A DNA stretch of 64,000 nt. It comes from an uncultured Candidatus Saccharibacteria bacterium (lineage in GTDB: Bacteria > Patescibacteriota > Minisyncoccia > Minisyncoccales > RBG-13-42-11). A program made the translations under genes and the position numbers. The stretch lies in the NCBI GenBank assembly GCA_964481125.1, contig CAYZSL010000002.1, forward strand, positions 24,597-88,596, in the 5' to 3' direction. Of the stretch, positions 9,857 through 17,976 are shown piece after piece (positions within the stretch are counted from its first letter, which is position 1; the number at the start of each line of letters is the position of its first letter). The notes under the pieces were generated by a model. That model made no database searches and was not told the DNA's origin. It saw nothing but the letters and a program-made list of their open reading frames with translations.

Positions 9857-10651
9857 TTATTTTAACAATCTTAAAATAGCTTTATGAACTTTAATATTAG
9901 AAGCTAAAATCAAACAATTGTTTGCTTCCTTTAATTGAAGTGGATTTCCTTTCAAATCAGTATATTTCCCGCCTGCTTCTTTTAAAATAAGCAATCCGGC
10001 AGCAATATCTCCTATTTTTGGCGGTATATCAAGAGCAATATATGCCTCAAAAGCGCCTGAAGCCACATAAGAAAGTCCGAGGGGACCACAACCAAGTGCC
10101 CTAACGCAATAAGAATTCAAATTAAGCTTTGTCAAAATCTTTGAATTTTTATTAAATTTATTGCGCGACATGCCACAACTTGGCAGTTCAGCGAAAATAA
10201 AACTATCTTTTAAATTGCTTTTACTGGAAACTTTGATTCTCTTGCCGTTCAAATACGCACCTTTATTTTTAGCTGCGTAAAACATTTCTTTCGTCATTGG
10301 ATTATAAACTAATCCGAAAATAATTTCATTCTTGTGTTGTAAAGCTATTGAAACATTAAATAAAGGAAGCCTTCTGATGTAGTGTTTGCTGCCATCTAAA
10401 GGATCAATAATCCAAGTATAATCGGATTTTCCCTTTATTATTCCTTTTTCTTCTGTATTGATAGTATGCCCGGGAAAATTCTTTTTAATCTTATTTATAA
10501 TTAGATTCTCAACCTTATAATCAATGTTAGTAGCAATATCTTGCCTGTCTTTAAATTTAATAATTTCTACTCTATCTAAATTATCTAAAAGTATTTTACC
10601 GGCTTTTTCGGCTAAATCTATGGTAAATAGTTGAACGAGTTTCAGATTCAT
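9857..10651 (-). CDS. inositol monophosphatase family protein (SuhB-like / FBPase-IMPase)
   Basis: 264 aa. WIIDPLDGSKHY metal-binding motif. Confidence 0.75.
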   Translation of the reverse strand: MNLKLVQLFTIDLAEKAGKILLDNLDRVEIIKFKDRQDIATNIDYKVENLIINKIKKNFPGHTINTEEKGIIKGKSDYTWIIDPLDGSKHYIRRLPLFNVSIALQHKNEIIFGLVYNPMTKEMFYAAKNKGAYLNGKRIKVSSKSNLKDSFIFAELPSCGMSRNKFNKNSKILTKLNLNSYCVRALGCGPLGLSYVASGAFEAYIALDIPPKIGDIAAGLLILKEAGGKYTDLKGNPLQLKEANNCLILASNIKVHKAILRLLK

Positions 10652-11631
10652 AATTTGAATAAAGCTTTTGCTAATTTATTGGAATCGTGACGGATAAGGC
10701 TTCTTTTTAAAATGTCTCCGGGAATGCGCTTTGTCTCTTTTTTGCTTAAAAAATCTCCCCTGATTACTTTAAAATAACTATCTTTTAAATCGTCAACAAC
10801 CGGAAACTCTTTTACTTTCTTGTATTTTGCCAAAGCGCTTTTTGGCATGGATTTTGTATTAATTAAAACATAATCTAAACAATCACGTCCTAAATATTTT
10901 TCCAAAACCTGAATATGGTCTTTGGCAGTAAAACCGAATGTCTGGCCGTATCTTGTCATTAAGTTCATAACATATACTACCTTAGCTTTAGTCTTTTTAA
11001 GAGCACCAGCTATTCCTTCAGTCAGTAATCCAGCTATTAAGCTGGTGTACAAATCACCAGGCCCGATAACAACCAAATCCGCCTTTAAAATCGCGTTCTT
11101 TACTTCTTGATGCAGCTTAGCTTTCGGCTTCAAAAAGACTTTCTTAATCTTTAATTTACCATTATGCTTAGGTCCATCAATTAAATGCTCTCCGATAACT
11201 TTCTTTCCGTTTTCATAAATTGCCACTAAATTTGAATCAGTCAGAGTCACTGGCAAAATTCTACCTTTAATTTTAAGAATCTGGCTTGTTTTCTTAATCG
11301 CTTCCATTTGAGAGCCGAAAATGTCGGACAAAGCAGCTAAAAACAGATTGCCAAAAGTCATACCCTTTAGCCCATTTCCTTTTGAAAAACGATAAATGAA
11401 AAGTTTTCTTAATGACTGCTCTTTGCCTTCTTCAGCTAAAGCAACAAAACACTGCCTTATATCGCTGGTCGGCAGCAAACCCAATTCGTCACGGATAACC
11501 TTGTTGCATCCTCCGCTGTCGGTCATGGAAACAACAGCTGAAATATCAGCCGGATACTTTTTTAAACCGGAAAGAACCGTAAAAGAACCGGTTCCACCCC
11601 CAATAACAACGATTTTCTTAGTTTTTGACAT
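10648..11631 (-). CDS. YvcK/CofD family protein (UPF0052, gluconeogenesis factor-like)
   Basis: 327 aa. N-terminal VVIGGGTG Rossmann motif and YvcK/CofD-like conserved blocks. 4-bp overlap with the upstream gene. Confidence 0.75.
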   Translation of the reverse strand: MSKTKKIVVIGGGTGSFTVLSGLKKYPADISAVVSMTDSGGCNKVIRDELGLLPTSDIRQCFVALAEEGKEQSLRKLFIYRFSKGNGLKGMTFGNLFLAALSDIFGSQMEAIKKTSQILKIKGRILPVTLTDSNLVAIYENGKKVIGEHLIDGPKHNGKLKIKKVFLKPKAKLHQEVKNAILKADLVVIGPGDLYTSLIAGLLTEGIAGALKKTKAKVVYVMNLMTRYGQTFGFTAKDHIQVLEKYLGRDCLDYVLINTKSMPKSALAKYKKVKEFPVVDDLKDSYFKVIRGDFLSKKETKRIPGDILKRSLIRHDSNKLAKALFKL

Positions 11632-11679
11632 AAATCAATTTTTATATTAAACTAAAAATACCTTTAAGTCAAAAAGGCT

Positions 11680-12939
11680 ATGATAGATAAATTTTTAATA
11701 CAAGGAGGTATTCCTCTTTCTGGAGAAGTTGAAATCTCAGGTTATAAGAATTCAGCCGGCGCTATTTTGGCGGCTGTTTTGCTTTCTGAAGAACCTTCTG
11801 TTATTGATAACCTTCCCCAGGTAACTGATGTTTCAAACCAGATTGAAATTCTAAGGCAAATGGGCGCAGAGATCGAACAATTAACTCCGAGAAAAATAAG
11901 AATTAACCCGAAAAACATAGACCCTGAAAAAATCCCAACAGACCTCTTTGAAAAAATGAGGGTTTCGGTATTGTTCATCGCTCCTTTAGCTATAAGGTTC
12001 AAAAAATTCAAAATCCCCCATCCTGGCGGGGACAAAATAGGCTTAAGGCCAATAGCCACGCACTTGGAAGCTCTTGAAAACTTCGGAATAAAAACAGAAG
12101 AAAAAGACGGCTTTTACCATTTCCAAGCACCAGAAAGAATAGAAGGAAAGAAAATAGCTTTAAAGGAGTTTTCAGTGACTGCCACGGAAATCTTAATGAT
12201 GTTAGCTAGTAGAGCCCAAGGAAGAACTAAAATTGAGATTGCCGCTGCCGAACCTCAGGTCCAGGATTTAGGAATGTTTCTGAGAAAAATGGGGACGAAT
12301 ATAGAAGGAATCGGAACTCATACCATTGAAATTGAAGGAAAAGATAAATTATCAGGCGCTGAATTCTCATTATGCCCTGATTTACTGGAAGCTGGAACAT
12401 TTTTTATAGCTTTTGCTTTAACTGGCGGCGAAGGGAAAATAAAGAATGTAAATCCAGACCACATGACTTTTTTCCTGGGAAAAATGAAAGAAATCGGGGT
12501 GAACTTCGATGTTTCGAACAATGAAATTTCAATTAAGAAATCAAATAATTTCAAACCGGCCAAAATCCAGGTTCTTCTTTATCCCGGCTTCCCCACTGAT
12601 TTGCAACCCCAAACATCCGTTCTATTAACCCAATGCCAAGGCAAGTCTCTCGTACACGACCCGCTGTATGAAAACCGATTCCAGCATTTGCACGAATTAA
12701 GAAAGCTGGGTGCTGACATTGAGATCACTGATCCCCACCGGGCTCTGATTTTCGGCAAAACAGAATTAATCGGTAATAAAATAAACGCCTCAGATATCAG
12801 GTCAGGCGCTGCCTTAATCCTGGCAGGATTAATTTCAAAAGGCCAGACAACGATTGAAAACATTTCCCAAATTGAAAGAGGACACGAAAATATTGAGGAA
12901 AAACTGAAAAAGCTAGGAGCTAAAATTGAAAAGATTTAA
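11680..12939 (+). CDS. murA: UDP-N-acetylglucosamine 1-carboxyvinyltransferase
   Basis: 419 aa. EPSP-synthase fold; MurA-type sequence throughout. Confidence 0.9.
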   Translation: MIDKFLIQGGIPLSGEVEISGYKNSAGAILAAVLLSEEPSVIDNLPQVTDVSNQIEILRQMGAEIEQLTPRKIRINPKNIDPEKIPTDLFEKMRVSVLFIAPLAIRFKKFKIPHPGGDKIGLRPIATHLEALENFGIKTEEKDGFYHFQAPERIEGKKIALKEFSVTATEILMMLASRAQGRTKIEIAAAEPQVQDLGMFLRKMGTNIEGIGTHTIEIEGKDKLSGAEFSLCPDLLEAGTFFIAFALTGGEGKIKNVNPDHMTFFLGKMKEIGVNFDVSNNEISIKKSNNFKPAKIQVLLYPGFPTDLQPQTSVLLTQCQGKSLVHDPLYENRFQHLHELRKLGADIEITDPHRALIFGKTELIGNKINASDIRSGAALILAGLISKGQTTIENISQIERGHENIEEKLKKLGAKIEKI

Positions 12940-12991
12940 TAAATTGAAAATCGTCAAAGAGGCGGTTTTTTTGTTTTTTAGTAATGTATCT

Positions 12992-13013
12992 GGATGAACA
13001 ATGTTAGAACCTG
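12992..13013. promoter_or_regulatory. box-1 repeat copy a (GGATGAACAATGTTAGAACCTG)
   Basis: Member of the GACGATGTTAGAAC(C/T)TG motif family that recurs 3' of minus-strand genes in the 13-18 kb array. Confidence 0.5.
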
Positions 13014-13029
13014 GTTTGTAAAAGAAAAA

Positions 13030-13062
13030 TCCCCGAGCATATAACCCAGGGATTTTGTGGAC
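13030..13062 (-). terminator. rho-independent terminator after the 63-aa gene
   Basis: Minus strand: AAAATCCCtgggttatatgctcgGGGATTTTT. Confidence 0.5.
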
Positions 13063-13092
13063 AAAAACTCTCAACAGTTAATCTTCCCTACT

Positions 13093-13284
13093 CTATTTTA
13101 GTTCGGTCCTGATTTTTTTAGGCAACGCTTGCCACTCTTTCCAGGTAAAACGAGACACCCCATCGCAATTTGAACATTTTGCTATGGGCCCATTAACCGG
13201 TTGGTGATTCTTATCTTCACCATCCCAAAAACCTGTTTGTTTCCATTGATGATTACAATCTTTGTTTGGTTTCTTTTCGTCCAT
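13093..13284 (-). CDS. hypothetical small Cys/His-containing protein (63 aa)
   Basis: ATG at 13284 preceded by a strong SD (GAAAGGAGGAAATAatg). CNHQW..CSNCDG motif. The longer ORF to 13386 lacks an RBS. Confidence 0.45.
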   Translation of the reverse strand: MDEKKPNKDCNHQWKQTGFWDGEDKNHQPVNGPIAKCSNCDGVSRFTWKEWQALPKKIRTELK

Positions 13285-13307
13285 TATTTCCTCCTTTCTG
13301 AAATTTA

Positions 13308-13559
13308 TCAATCGTCGTGCGGTTTGAATTTCATCGGTCGAGTGGGAAATCTCGGGGAAGAGACAACATCGACTCTTTTTTTGCATTTAGGGCAGTAACT
13401 GAACTTACATGGGTATATCTTTTGTGCCTTATCTTTAGATAATATCTCTTCTCCTACCCTCAGCTTTGTCCCACAGTCTTTACAGAACATTTCGCCGAAT
13501 TCAAGTTCTCCTACGTCCTTTAGGTTTAATTCCTTCGCTATTTTATTATAATGAGCCAT
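13308..13559 (-). CDS. hypothetical Zn-ribbon protein (83 aa)
   Basis: Strong SD (AAAGGAGGTGTAGCTAatg). Two CxxC pairs (CKDCG..CPKCKK). Confidence 0.5.
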   Translation of the reverse strand: MAHYNKIAKELNLKDVGELEFGEMFCKDCGTKLRVGEEILSKDKAQKIYPCKFSYCPKCKKRVDVVSSPRFPTRPMKFKPHDD

Positions 13560-13620
13560 TAGCTACACCTCCTTTACTATTATCATATTATTGTTTATTT
13601 CTAGAAAATCAAGCCCTCTA

Positions 13621-13650
13621 CCAAAAATCGCCTGTTTGGCGAGGTGGCCG
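13621..13650 (-). promoter_or_regulatory. hairpin + TTTTTGGTAGAG module (terminator / extended -10-like)
   Basis: Minus strand CGCCaaacaGGCGATTTTTGGTAGAGG. Paralogous to the modules at 14425-14462 and 17040-17078. Confidence 0.4.
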
Positions 13651-13652
13651 AA

Positions 13653-13687
13653 ATTAGCTCCGCATCGTGGACGACGTTAGAACCAGG
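13653..13687. promoter_or_regulatory. box-2 copy b2 (ATTAGCTCC..GGACGACGTTAGAACCAGG)
   Basis: Shares TTAGCTCC and ACGnTTAGAACC with the long repeats at 17091-17155 and 17977-18049. Confidence 0.5.
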
Positions 13688-13734
13688 ATTATGGGAATTG
13701 AAGACGTTTTTGTTCCCGATTTGGATCTGTCTTC

Positions 13735-13753
13735 GGGACGATGTTAGAACCTG
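13735..13753. promoter_or_regulatory. box-1 copy b1 (GGGACGATGTTAGAACCTG)
   Basis: Directly abuts the stop codon of the gene at 13756..14391. Confidence 0.5.
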
Positions 13754-13755
13754 TT

Positions 13756-14391
13756 TTACTCTAAAAACCTAAAGGTAGAAAGTATTTGACTGAAAGTTCC
13801 ACAATTCCCTGAATAGCATTCTATAGGTTCAAGTTGATTGAATTCGTATAATTTTCCTTCTTTAAATATGCCTACATAAGCCTTGCTACTTTCATCTTGG
13901 GAAAAAGAAACAACAATTTTATATCCACTTAACCCTCCCACAGTAATTTCTTCTTTTTCAATTAAAGCGTCTCCAAACCCTGCTTCTTTCATCAATACCA
14001 TTTGTTCTTCAAACTCATCTTCCCATTCGGCAAGCGAAGAATACCATGTTTTGATTTGAAGCTCTATTCGTTCTATCGGGGGCAATCCATCAGAAAAATT
14101 CTTAATTTCCTCAATGGACATATTTCTAAACTCAATTTGATAATTTGATAATTCGACATGCCAATTATTAGGATATTTCATCTCAAACCCATATTCTTCA
14201 TTCTTATAAGTTTGCCAATCAGCAGTTTCATCTTGAATTGTTATAATTGTAAAGGTTGTTTGTTGTTCTAATAATGTAGTTGGTTCTGTTTTGGAGTTTT
14301 TACTTCCGAGAAAGTAAAACAATATTAAAAGTCCTCCAAGAAATACAACAATAAATATAATTAAAATTTTAGAAAAAGCTTTGTTTTGCAT
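13756..14391 (-). CDS. secreted/membrane-anchored paralog family protein A (N-terminal TM; ETADWQTYKNEEYGFEMKYP; C-terminal ILSTFRFLE)
   Basis: 211 aa. Shares the DETADWQTY(K/R)NEE(Y/C)GFE block and the ILSTF(K/R)F(L/I)(E/D) motif with the genes at 14634..15704 and 16121..17032. Confidence 0.6.
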   Translation of the reverse strand: MQNKAFSKILIIFIVVFLGGLLILFYFLGSKNSKTEPTTLLEQQTTFTIITIQDETADWQTYKNEEYGFEMKYPNNWHVELSNYQIEFRNMSIEEIKNFSDGLPPIERIELQIKTWYSSLAEWEDEFEEQMVLMKEAGFGDALIEKEEITVGGLSGYKIVVSFSQDESSKAYVGIFKEGKLYEFNQLEPIECYSGNCGTFSQILSTFRFLE

Positions 14392-14424
14392 ATTATTGTA
14401 TTATTTAATTAATCTTTCTTTATT

Positions 14425-14462
14425 CTACCAAAAAACCGCCCAAAACAATAGGCGGAATATTG
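14425..14462 (-). promoter_or_regulatory. hairpin + TTTTTTGGTAGAAT (extended -10-like) module upstream of paralog A
   Basis: Minus strand CCGCCTATTGTTTTGGGCGG-TTTTTTGGTAGAAT. The same module recurs upstream of paralog C at 17040-17078. Confidence 0.45.
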
Positions 14463-14463
14463 T

Positions 14464-14489
14464 CAGCTCGCCAAGTCGGACTTGAACCT
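14464..14489. promoter_or_regulatory. box-2 variant (AGGTTCAAGTCCGACTTGGCGAGCTGA on minus strand)
   Basis: Aligns with the minus-strand AGGTTCTAAGCG..GGGGAGCTAA of the other box-2 copies. Confidence 0.35.
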
Positions 14490-14566
14490 GCCAGCTAAGA
14501 GGAGATTTAGGTCGTTTGGGGAGTGGTACAGCCACGCGTCTCGGTCGGGGCTATTTTAAGCTAAAA

Positions 14567-14582
14567 TGTAACAAATGTTACA
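14567..14582. promoter_or_regulatory. perfect palindrome TGTAACAaaTGTTACA (operator-like), with a second half-site-bearing copy at 14601-14613
   Basis: 7-2-7 inverted repeat in the intergenic region between paralog B and paralog A. Confidence 0.35.
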
Positions 14583-14613
14583 CTAGAAAGGTATATTGGA
14601 GTGTTACATTTTA

Positions 14614-14630
14614 TGACGATGTTCGAACTT
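14614..14630. promoter_or_regulatory. box-1 copy c (TGACGATGTTCGAACTT)
   Basis: Lies immediately 3' of the paralog B stop codon. Core GTTCGAAC is a perfect palindrome. Confidence 0.5.
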
Positions 14631-14633
14631 ATT

Positions 14634-15704
14634 TTAGTCTAGAAATTTAAAAGTATTTTCTATTTTTTCCATTAAACCGCGATTTTGATCAAAATATTCT
14701 TTTGAACCGCTTGCCCCCCTCAACATATAAACAATATTATCACGGATAAAATATGTAGTAACAGTGGGGAAAATAAGAGACTCGTCATGGATCTTTCTTA
14801 CCGCCACCTCTCCCCCGATAATAATCCTTTCCTCTTCCGATTTAATCATACTATCAATGCTTTTACCTTCGCTATCATAAATTATAATATCTAGATCTAT
14901 TTTTTCATTAGGATCAATATCTTGTGTAGTAAACACATGATTTGGGTTATCGCTAATATTTGCAATTCTTTCACCAAGTATAGTTGGATCGCATGTGTAT
15001 TCTTCGGAAGTTAAAATAATACCCTCGGAATATTTTACATATTCACCAACTTTCAGATAAAACTCCTTAGGATATTTTATTTCAAAACCACATTCTTCAT
15101 TCCTGTAAGTCTGCCAATCGGCAGTTTCGTCTGACGTTGAGGTTGATGTCAGATTTGTAGATGGCGTTTCGGTAGATGTTGGCGTAGATACTGAAGTTTT
15201 AGGTATCCACCAATATTGATAAGCTAAAATAGCTCCACCGATGATTGCGGCAGCCAAAACAGTGATAAGGATGCCTATGGGGATAGATATTGTTTTATCT
15301 ATTCCATTAATTTTTTCTTGGTTCGTTATTCTTCTATCTAAATATTGGGCAAATAATATAATAAGGAAAGGTATCCCGAAAAATAAAATATTTGATAAAT
15401 CTGTTTTGTCTAACCTTCCCTGGGTCACAAAAAATAAGCGGTAAGCTTGAAATTCAAGCCAGATTATCCCTAAAATAATCAATCCATAAAGGTATTTGGC
15501 TTTTGTTTTCCTGAAAAACATTATTGAACCGTAAATTATAAAAGGTGCAAAAATAACATTTATGATGAGCGGCCATAAATTTACGTCTTTCCCGCCCATC
15601 AATACGCCGAATAATCCGAGGATAGACCCCCAGAAAAATAGATTAGCTAAACCAAAAAAATATATAGCAATAATAATATTTACTGCGGTAATTATTTTTT
15701 TCAT
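14634..15704 (-). CDS. paralog family protein B (multi-TM N-terminal region + ETADWQTYRNEECGFEIKYP domain; C-terminal ENTFKFLD)
   Basis: 356 aa. Four to five predicted TM helices, a Ser/Thr-rich linker, then the conserved paralog domain. Confidence 0.6.
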   Translation of the reverse strand: MKKIITAVNIIIAIYFFGLANLFFWGSILGLFGVLMGGKDVNLWPLIINVIFAPFIIYGSIMFFRKTKAKYLYGLIILGIIWLEFQAYRLFFVTQGRLDKTDLSNILFFGIPFLIILFAQYLDRRITNQEKINGIDKTISIPIGILITVLAAAIIGGAILAYQYWWIPKTSVSTPTSTETPSTNLTSTSTSDETADWQTYRNEECGFEIKYPKEFYLKVGEYVKYSEGIILTSEEYTCDPTILGERIANISDNPNHVFTTQDIDPNEKIDLDIIIYDSEGKSIDSMIKSEEERIIIGGEVAVRKIHDESLIFPTVTTYFIRDNIVYMLRGASGSKEYFDQNRGLMEKIENTFKFLD

Positions 15705-15724
15705 AATTAATTTAACGATATAAA

Positions 15725-16087
15725 TTAAACGAATCTTTTAGAGATTTTCCAGAAATAAACTAAAATCAGAGTCTGAATAACGGCTGCTATAAGCTGTATA
15801 TTGTCTATACTACGAGATGACAAAAAAGAATAAATTGTATTGATAATAGCTAGGGCAGTTATAACAGTATAGCCATAAAGAGCCCATTTCTTCATTTTTC
15901 GAAGACCGAATGAAGTAACAATAAGACCGACAGCGACAATCAATTCAAGCAATGCTAAGACGGGACTAAAAAGTAAAAGAGGCAATACCATAAACAATGA
16001 ACCAATTCCACCAAGCAATAAAAGAACTGATATATTTTTTACTGGTGATAGAAAAGATGATTTTTCTAAATCTGTTCCTATTTCCAT
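15725..16087 (-). CDS. hypothetical small membrane protein (about four TM helices)
   Basis: 120 aa, hydrophobic throughout. Sits between paralogs B and C. Confidence 0.45.
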   Translation of the reverse strand: MEIGTDLEKSSFLSPVKNISVLLLLGGIGSLFMVLPLLLFSPVLALLELIVAVGLIVTSFGLRKMKKWALYGYTVITALAIINTIYSFLSSRSIDNIQLIAAVIQTLILVYFWKISKRFV

Positions 16088-16120
16088 AATTTAAAATCTG
16101 TTAATTTATTAAATCGACCT

Positions 16121-17032
16121 TTATTCTTTAATAATGCTGAAAAAATCATCGCTGGAATCTGATAATGTGGCTCCTTTCACTCCTGGAAAAGCTCTCATTA
16201 CAATTTTGTATTTAGTGCCTAGCGGAATTGACGAGGGTATCGTCCAAAAATACGGGGGAGCGGCAACATTATCATTAATCATATATGTTTTTGTGGGAGC
16301 AGATAACCAATCCTCAAGCCAAATTGAAACATCGTAAGGCTGTTCCCAATCTATTTTATATGTTTTTCCAATTTCCCAAACTTCTCCGCCATTAGGAGAA
16401 ATCAAAATGAATTTATTTAAACTATCCTCTTCAATAAATTTAAAAGTGGAAAGTATTTTCTCAACACCATCCCTGACCTCATCTTTATACCATCCTGCAG
16501 CATCCCAAAAATCTCCATCAGAAGGACCTAAAGAGCTATAAATAGCAAAAAATTCATTATTTTCTGTTAAGTAACGAATAAATAATTTTTCATCAGTTTT
16601 TATTTCTTCACAAACTTTTTCTCCATCATTTCTTAAACAATAATCTTGAGGACATAATTTTATAAAAAACATATTTTCATATTTATCTTTTGGCATACTT
16701 CCAAAATATGGCTCTATGGGTTTAGTTTTAAAACTTAAAAGGACACATTCTGCTTCAAAAGGAAAGTATCCCTCAGTTGTTGTTCCAATCTCAATTTGAT
16801 ACCCATTTTCTTCAAAGACTGAGGGAACTTCAAATTCAAATCCATACTTCATATTCCTATAAATACCCCCATCGGCAGTTTCGTCGATTGGTTTTTCAGA
16901 AATAACTATATCTGGTTGGTTAGACAATTCTTCCTGGAAGTTGAAATACCGCCAATAGATAAATCCTCCAGCTAATATGGCTGAGATTAAGACAATACTA
17001 ATAGCTATTGTTGTAGGTATTTTCTTGTTCAT
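16121..17032 (-). CDS. paralog family protein C (N-terminal TM; IDETADGGIYRNMKYGFEFEVP; internal ILSTFKFIEE; C-terminal extension)
   Basis: 303 aa. Same domain as A and B plus an extra ~110-aa C-terminal domain. Confidence 0.6.
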   Translation of the reverse strand: MNKKIPTTIAISIVLISAILAGGFIYWRYFNFQEELSNQPDIVISEKPIDETADGGIYRNMKYGFEFEVPSVFEENGYQIEIGTTTEGYFPFEAECVLLSFKTKPIEPYFGSMPKDKYENMFFIKLCPQDYCLRNDGEKVCEEIKTDEKLFIRYLTENNEFFAIYSSLGPSDGDFWDAAGWYKDEVRDGVEKILSTFKFIEEDSLNKFILISPNGGEVWEIGKTYKIDWEQPYDVSIWLEDWLSAPTKTYMINDNVAAPPYFWTIPSSIPLGTKYKIVMRAFPGVKGATLSDSSDDFFSIIKE

Positions 17033-17039
17033 ATTACTC

Positions 17040-17078
17040 TATTCTACCAAAAAACCGCCCAAACAATAAAGCGGTATT
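17040..17078 (-). promoter_or_regulatory. hairpin + TTTTTTGGTAGAAT module directly upstream of paralog C (leaderless-type spacing)
   Basis: Minus strand CCGCTTTATTGTTTGGGCGG-TTTTTTGGTAGAATagagtaatATG. Confidence 0.45.
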
Positions 17079-17090
17079 ATCCACAAGTAA

Positions 17091-17155
17091 TTAGCTCCCC
17101 CTATGCAACACGCTTAGAACCTTAGATTGGATAAAGATAAGGGAAGAATTAGAAG
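17091..17155. repeat. 65-bp direct repeat copy 1 (box-2 d2: TTAGCTCCCCCTATGCAACACGCTTAGAACCTTAGATTGGATAAAGATAAGGGAAGAATTAGAAG)
   Basis: About 80% identical to 17977-18049. Together they flank the Cys-rich gene. Confidence 0.7.
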
Positions 17156-17181
17156 CTTTCGTTATAAAAGTGCCTGCTTTT

Positions 17182-17199
17182 GGACGATGTTAGAACTTG
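17182..17199. promoter_or_regulatory. box-1 copy d1 (GGACGATGTTAGAACTTG)
   Basis: Same motif family, about 75 bp downstream of box-2 d2. Confidence 0.5.
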
Positions 17200-17310
17200 T
17201 ATTTATTTTTAGAAATGAAAAGCCCGCAGAGTTTTGGTTTCTCTTTGGGCTTATCTATTCTTTTAGACCTTATCCCGCTAAGATATTTGGCAGGATGCGT
17301 AGCGAGAACG

Positions 17311-17904
17311 CTATGTGTCCAAGGATTTCGGATTACTCTCCCAGCTTCGCATTATTTTCTTAATCTGCTGGGCCAGGTTGGGCGATTCTTTGAGCTTCTC
17401 TATGAAAACAGGGCACGCTGAACATTCTGTAGCTTTCCCGCCGAACAACAACGATCCTACAAGGGTCTTTGTTAGGGATTTTCTCGGGTCATCATCTTGA
17501 TTCCCGGGCCCTTTAATTTTTGTCTTTTCTTCTTCTTCCGTCATCGTCGGCGGCTCAAGACAGAACTTTTCCCAACCACAAGCTTTGCATTGAGGCAATG
17601 CCTCCTTACTGTCCTGCATTAGCTCTTTAATCTTTTGCGACAAGACGGACTCGTCCATCCTCCGCGCAAGACCGGGACAAACCTGACAGACCTTATCTTT
17701 GCCCAGAAACATCATCGTCCCCATCAGCATACCGAATCCAGCATCCTCTGGGTTATCAAACTCCTCTCGGGCATCTCTCTCCATCGCCCTGAGAGTCGTT
17801 TGCACCTCTTGCCAGGTCATAACCGGTGGTTTAATGCAGAACTGGTTCCACTTACAAGTCTTACAGTTTACCATTGTTTCAACCTCTTCGAGTATGTCAG
17901 CCAT
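17311..17904 (-). CDS. Cys-rich tandem-domain protein (2 x [CKxCxWxxFC..PP..CxxCP]), hypothetical metal-binding
   Basis: 197 aa with SD GGAGG 8 nt upstream. Internal duplication of a ~90-aa unit. About 48% GC, well above neighbours. Flanked by the direct repeats at 17091-17155 and 17977-18049. Confidence 0.6.
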   Translation of the reverse strand: MADILEEVETMVNCKTCKWNQFCIKPPVMTWQEVQTTLRAMERDAREEFDNPEDAGFGMLMGTMMFLGKDKVCQVCPGLARRMDESVLSQKIKELMQDSKEALPQCKACGWEKFCLEPPTMTEEEEKTKIKGPGNQDDDPRKSLTKTLVGSLLFGGKATECSACPVFIEKLKESPNLAQQIKKIMRSWESNPKSLDT

Positions 17905-17941
17905 TTAAAACCTCCAACAATTATTTTATTTTGCTTAAAAT

Positions 17942-17971
17942 AATAATACCATATTATATGGTATTTGTCAA
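17942..17971 (-). promoter_or_regulatory. sigma70-like promoter TTGACA-17-TATTAT for the Cys-rich gene
   Basis: Minus strand CTTGACAaataccatataatatggTATTAT, immediately downstream of the repeat copy 'e' GAGCTAA box. Confidence 0.45.
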
Positions 17972-17976
17972 GTTTT

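Noticed and set aside
14464-14500. Degenerate tRNA fragment (GGTTCAAGTCC T-loop-like)
   Set aside because: It aligns with the box-2 cis element found upstream of the other array genes and has no acceptor or anticodon structure.
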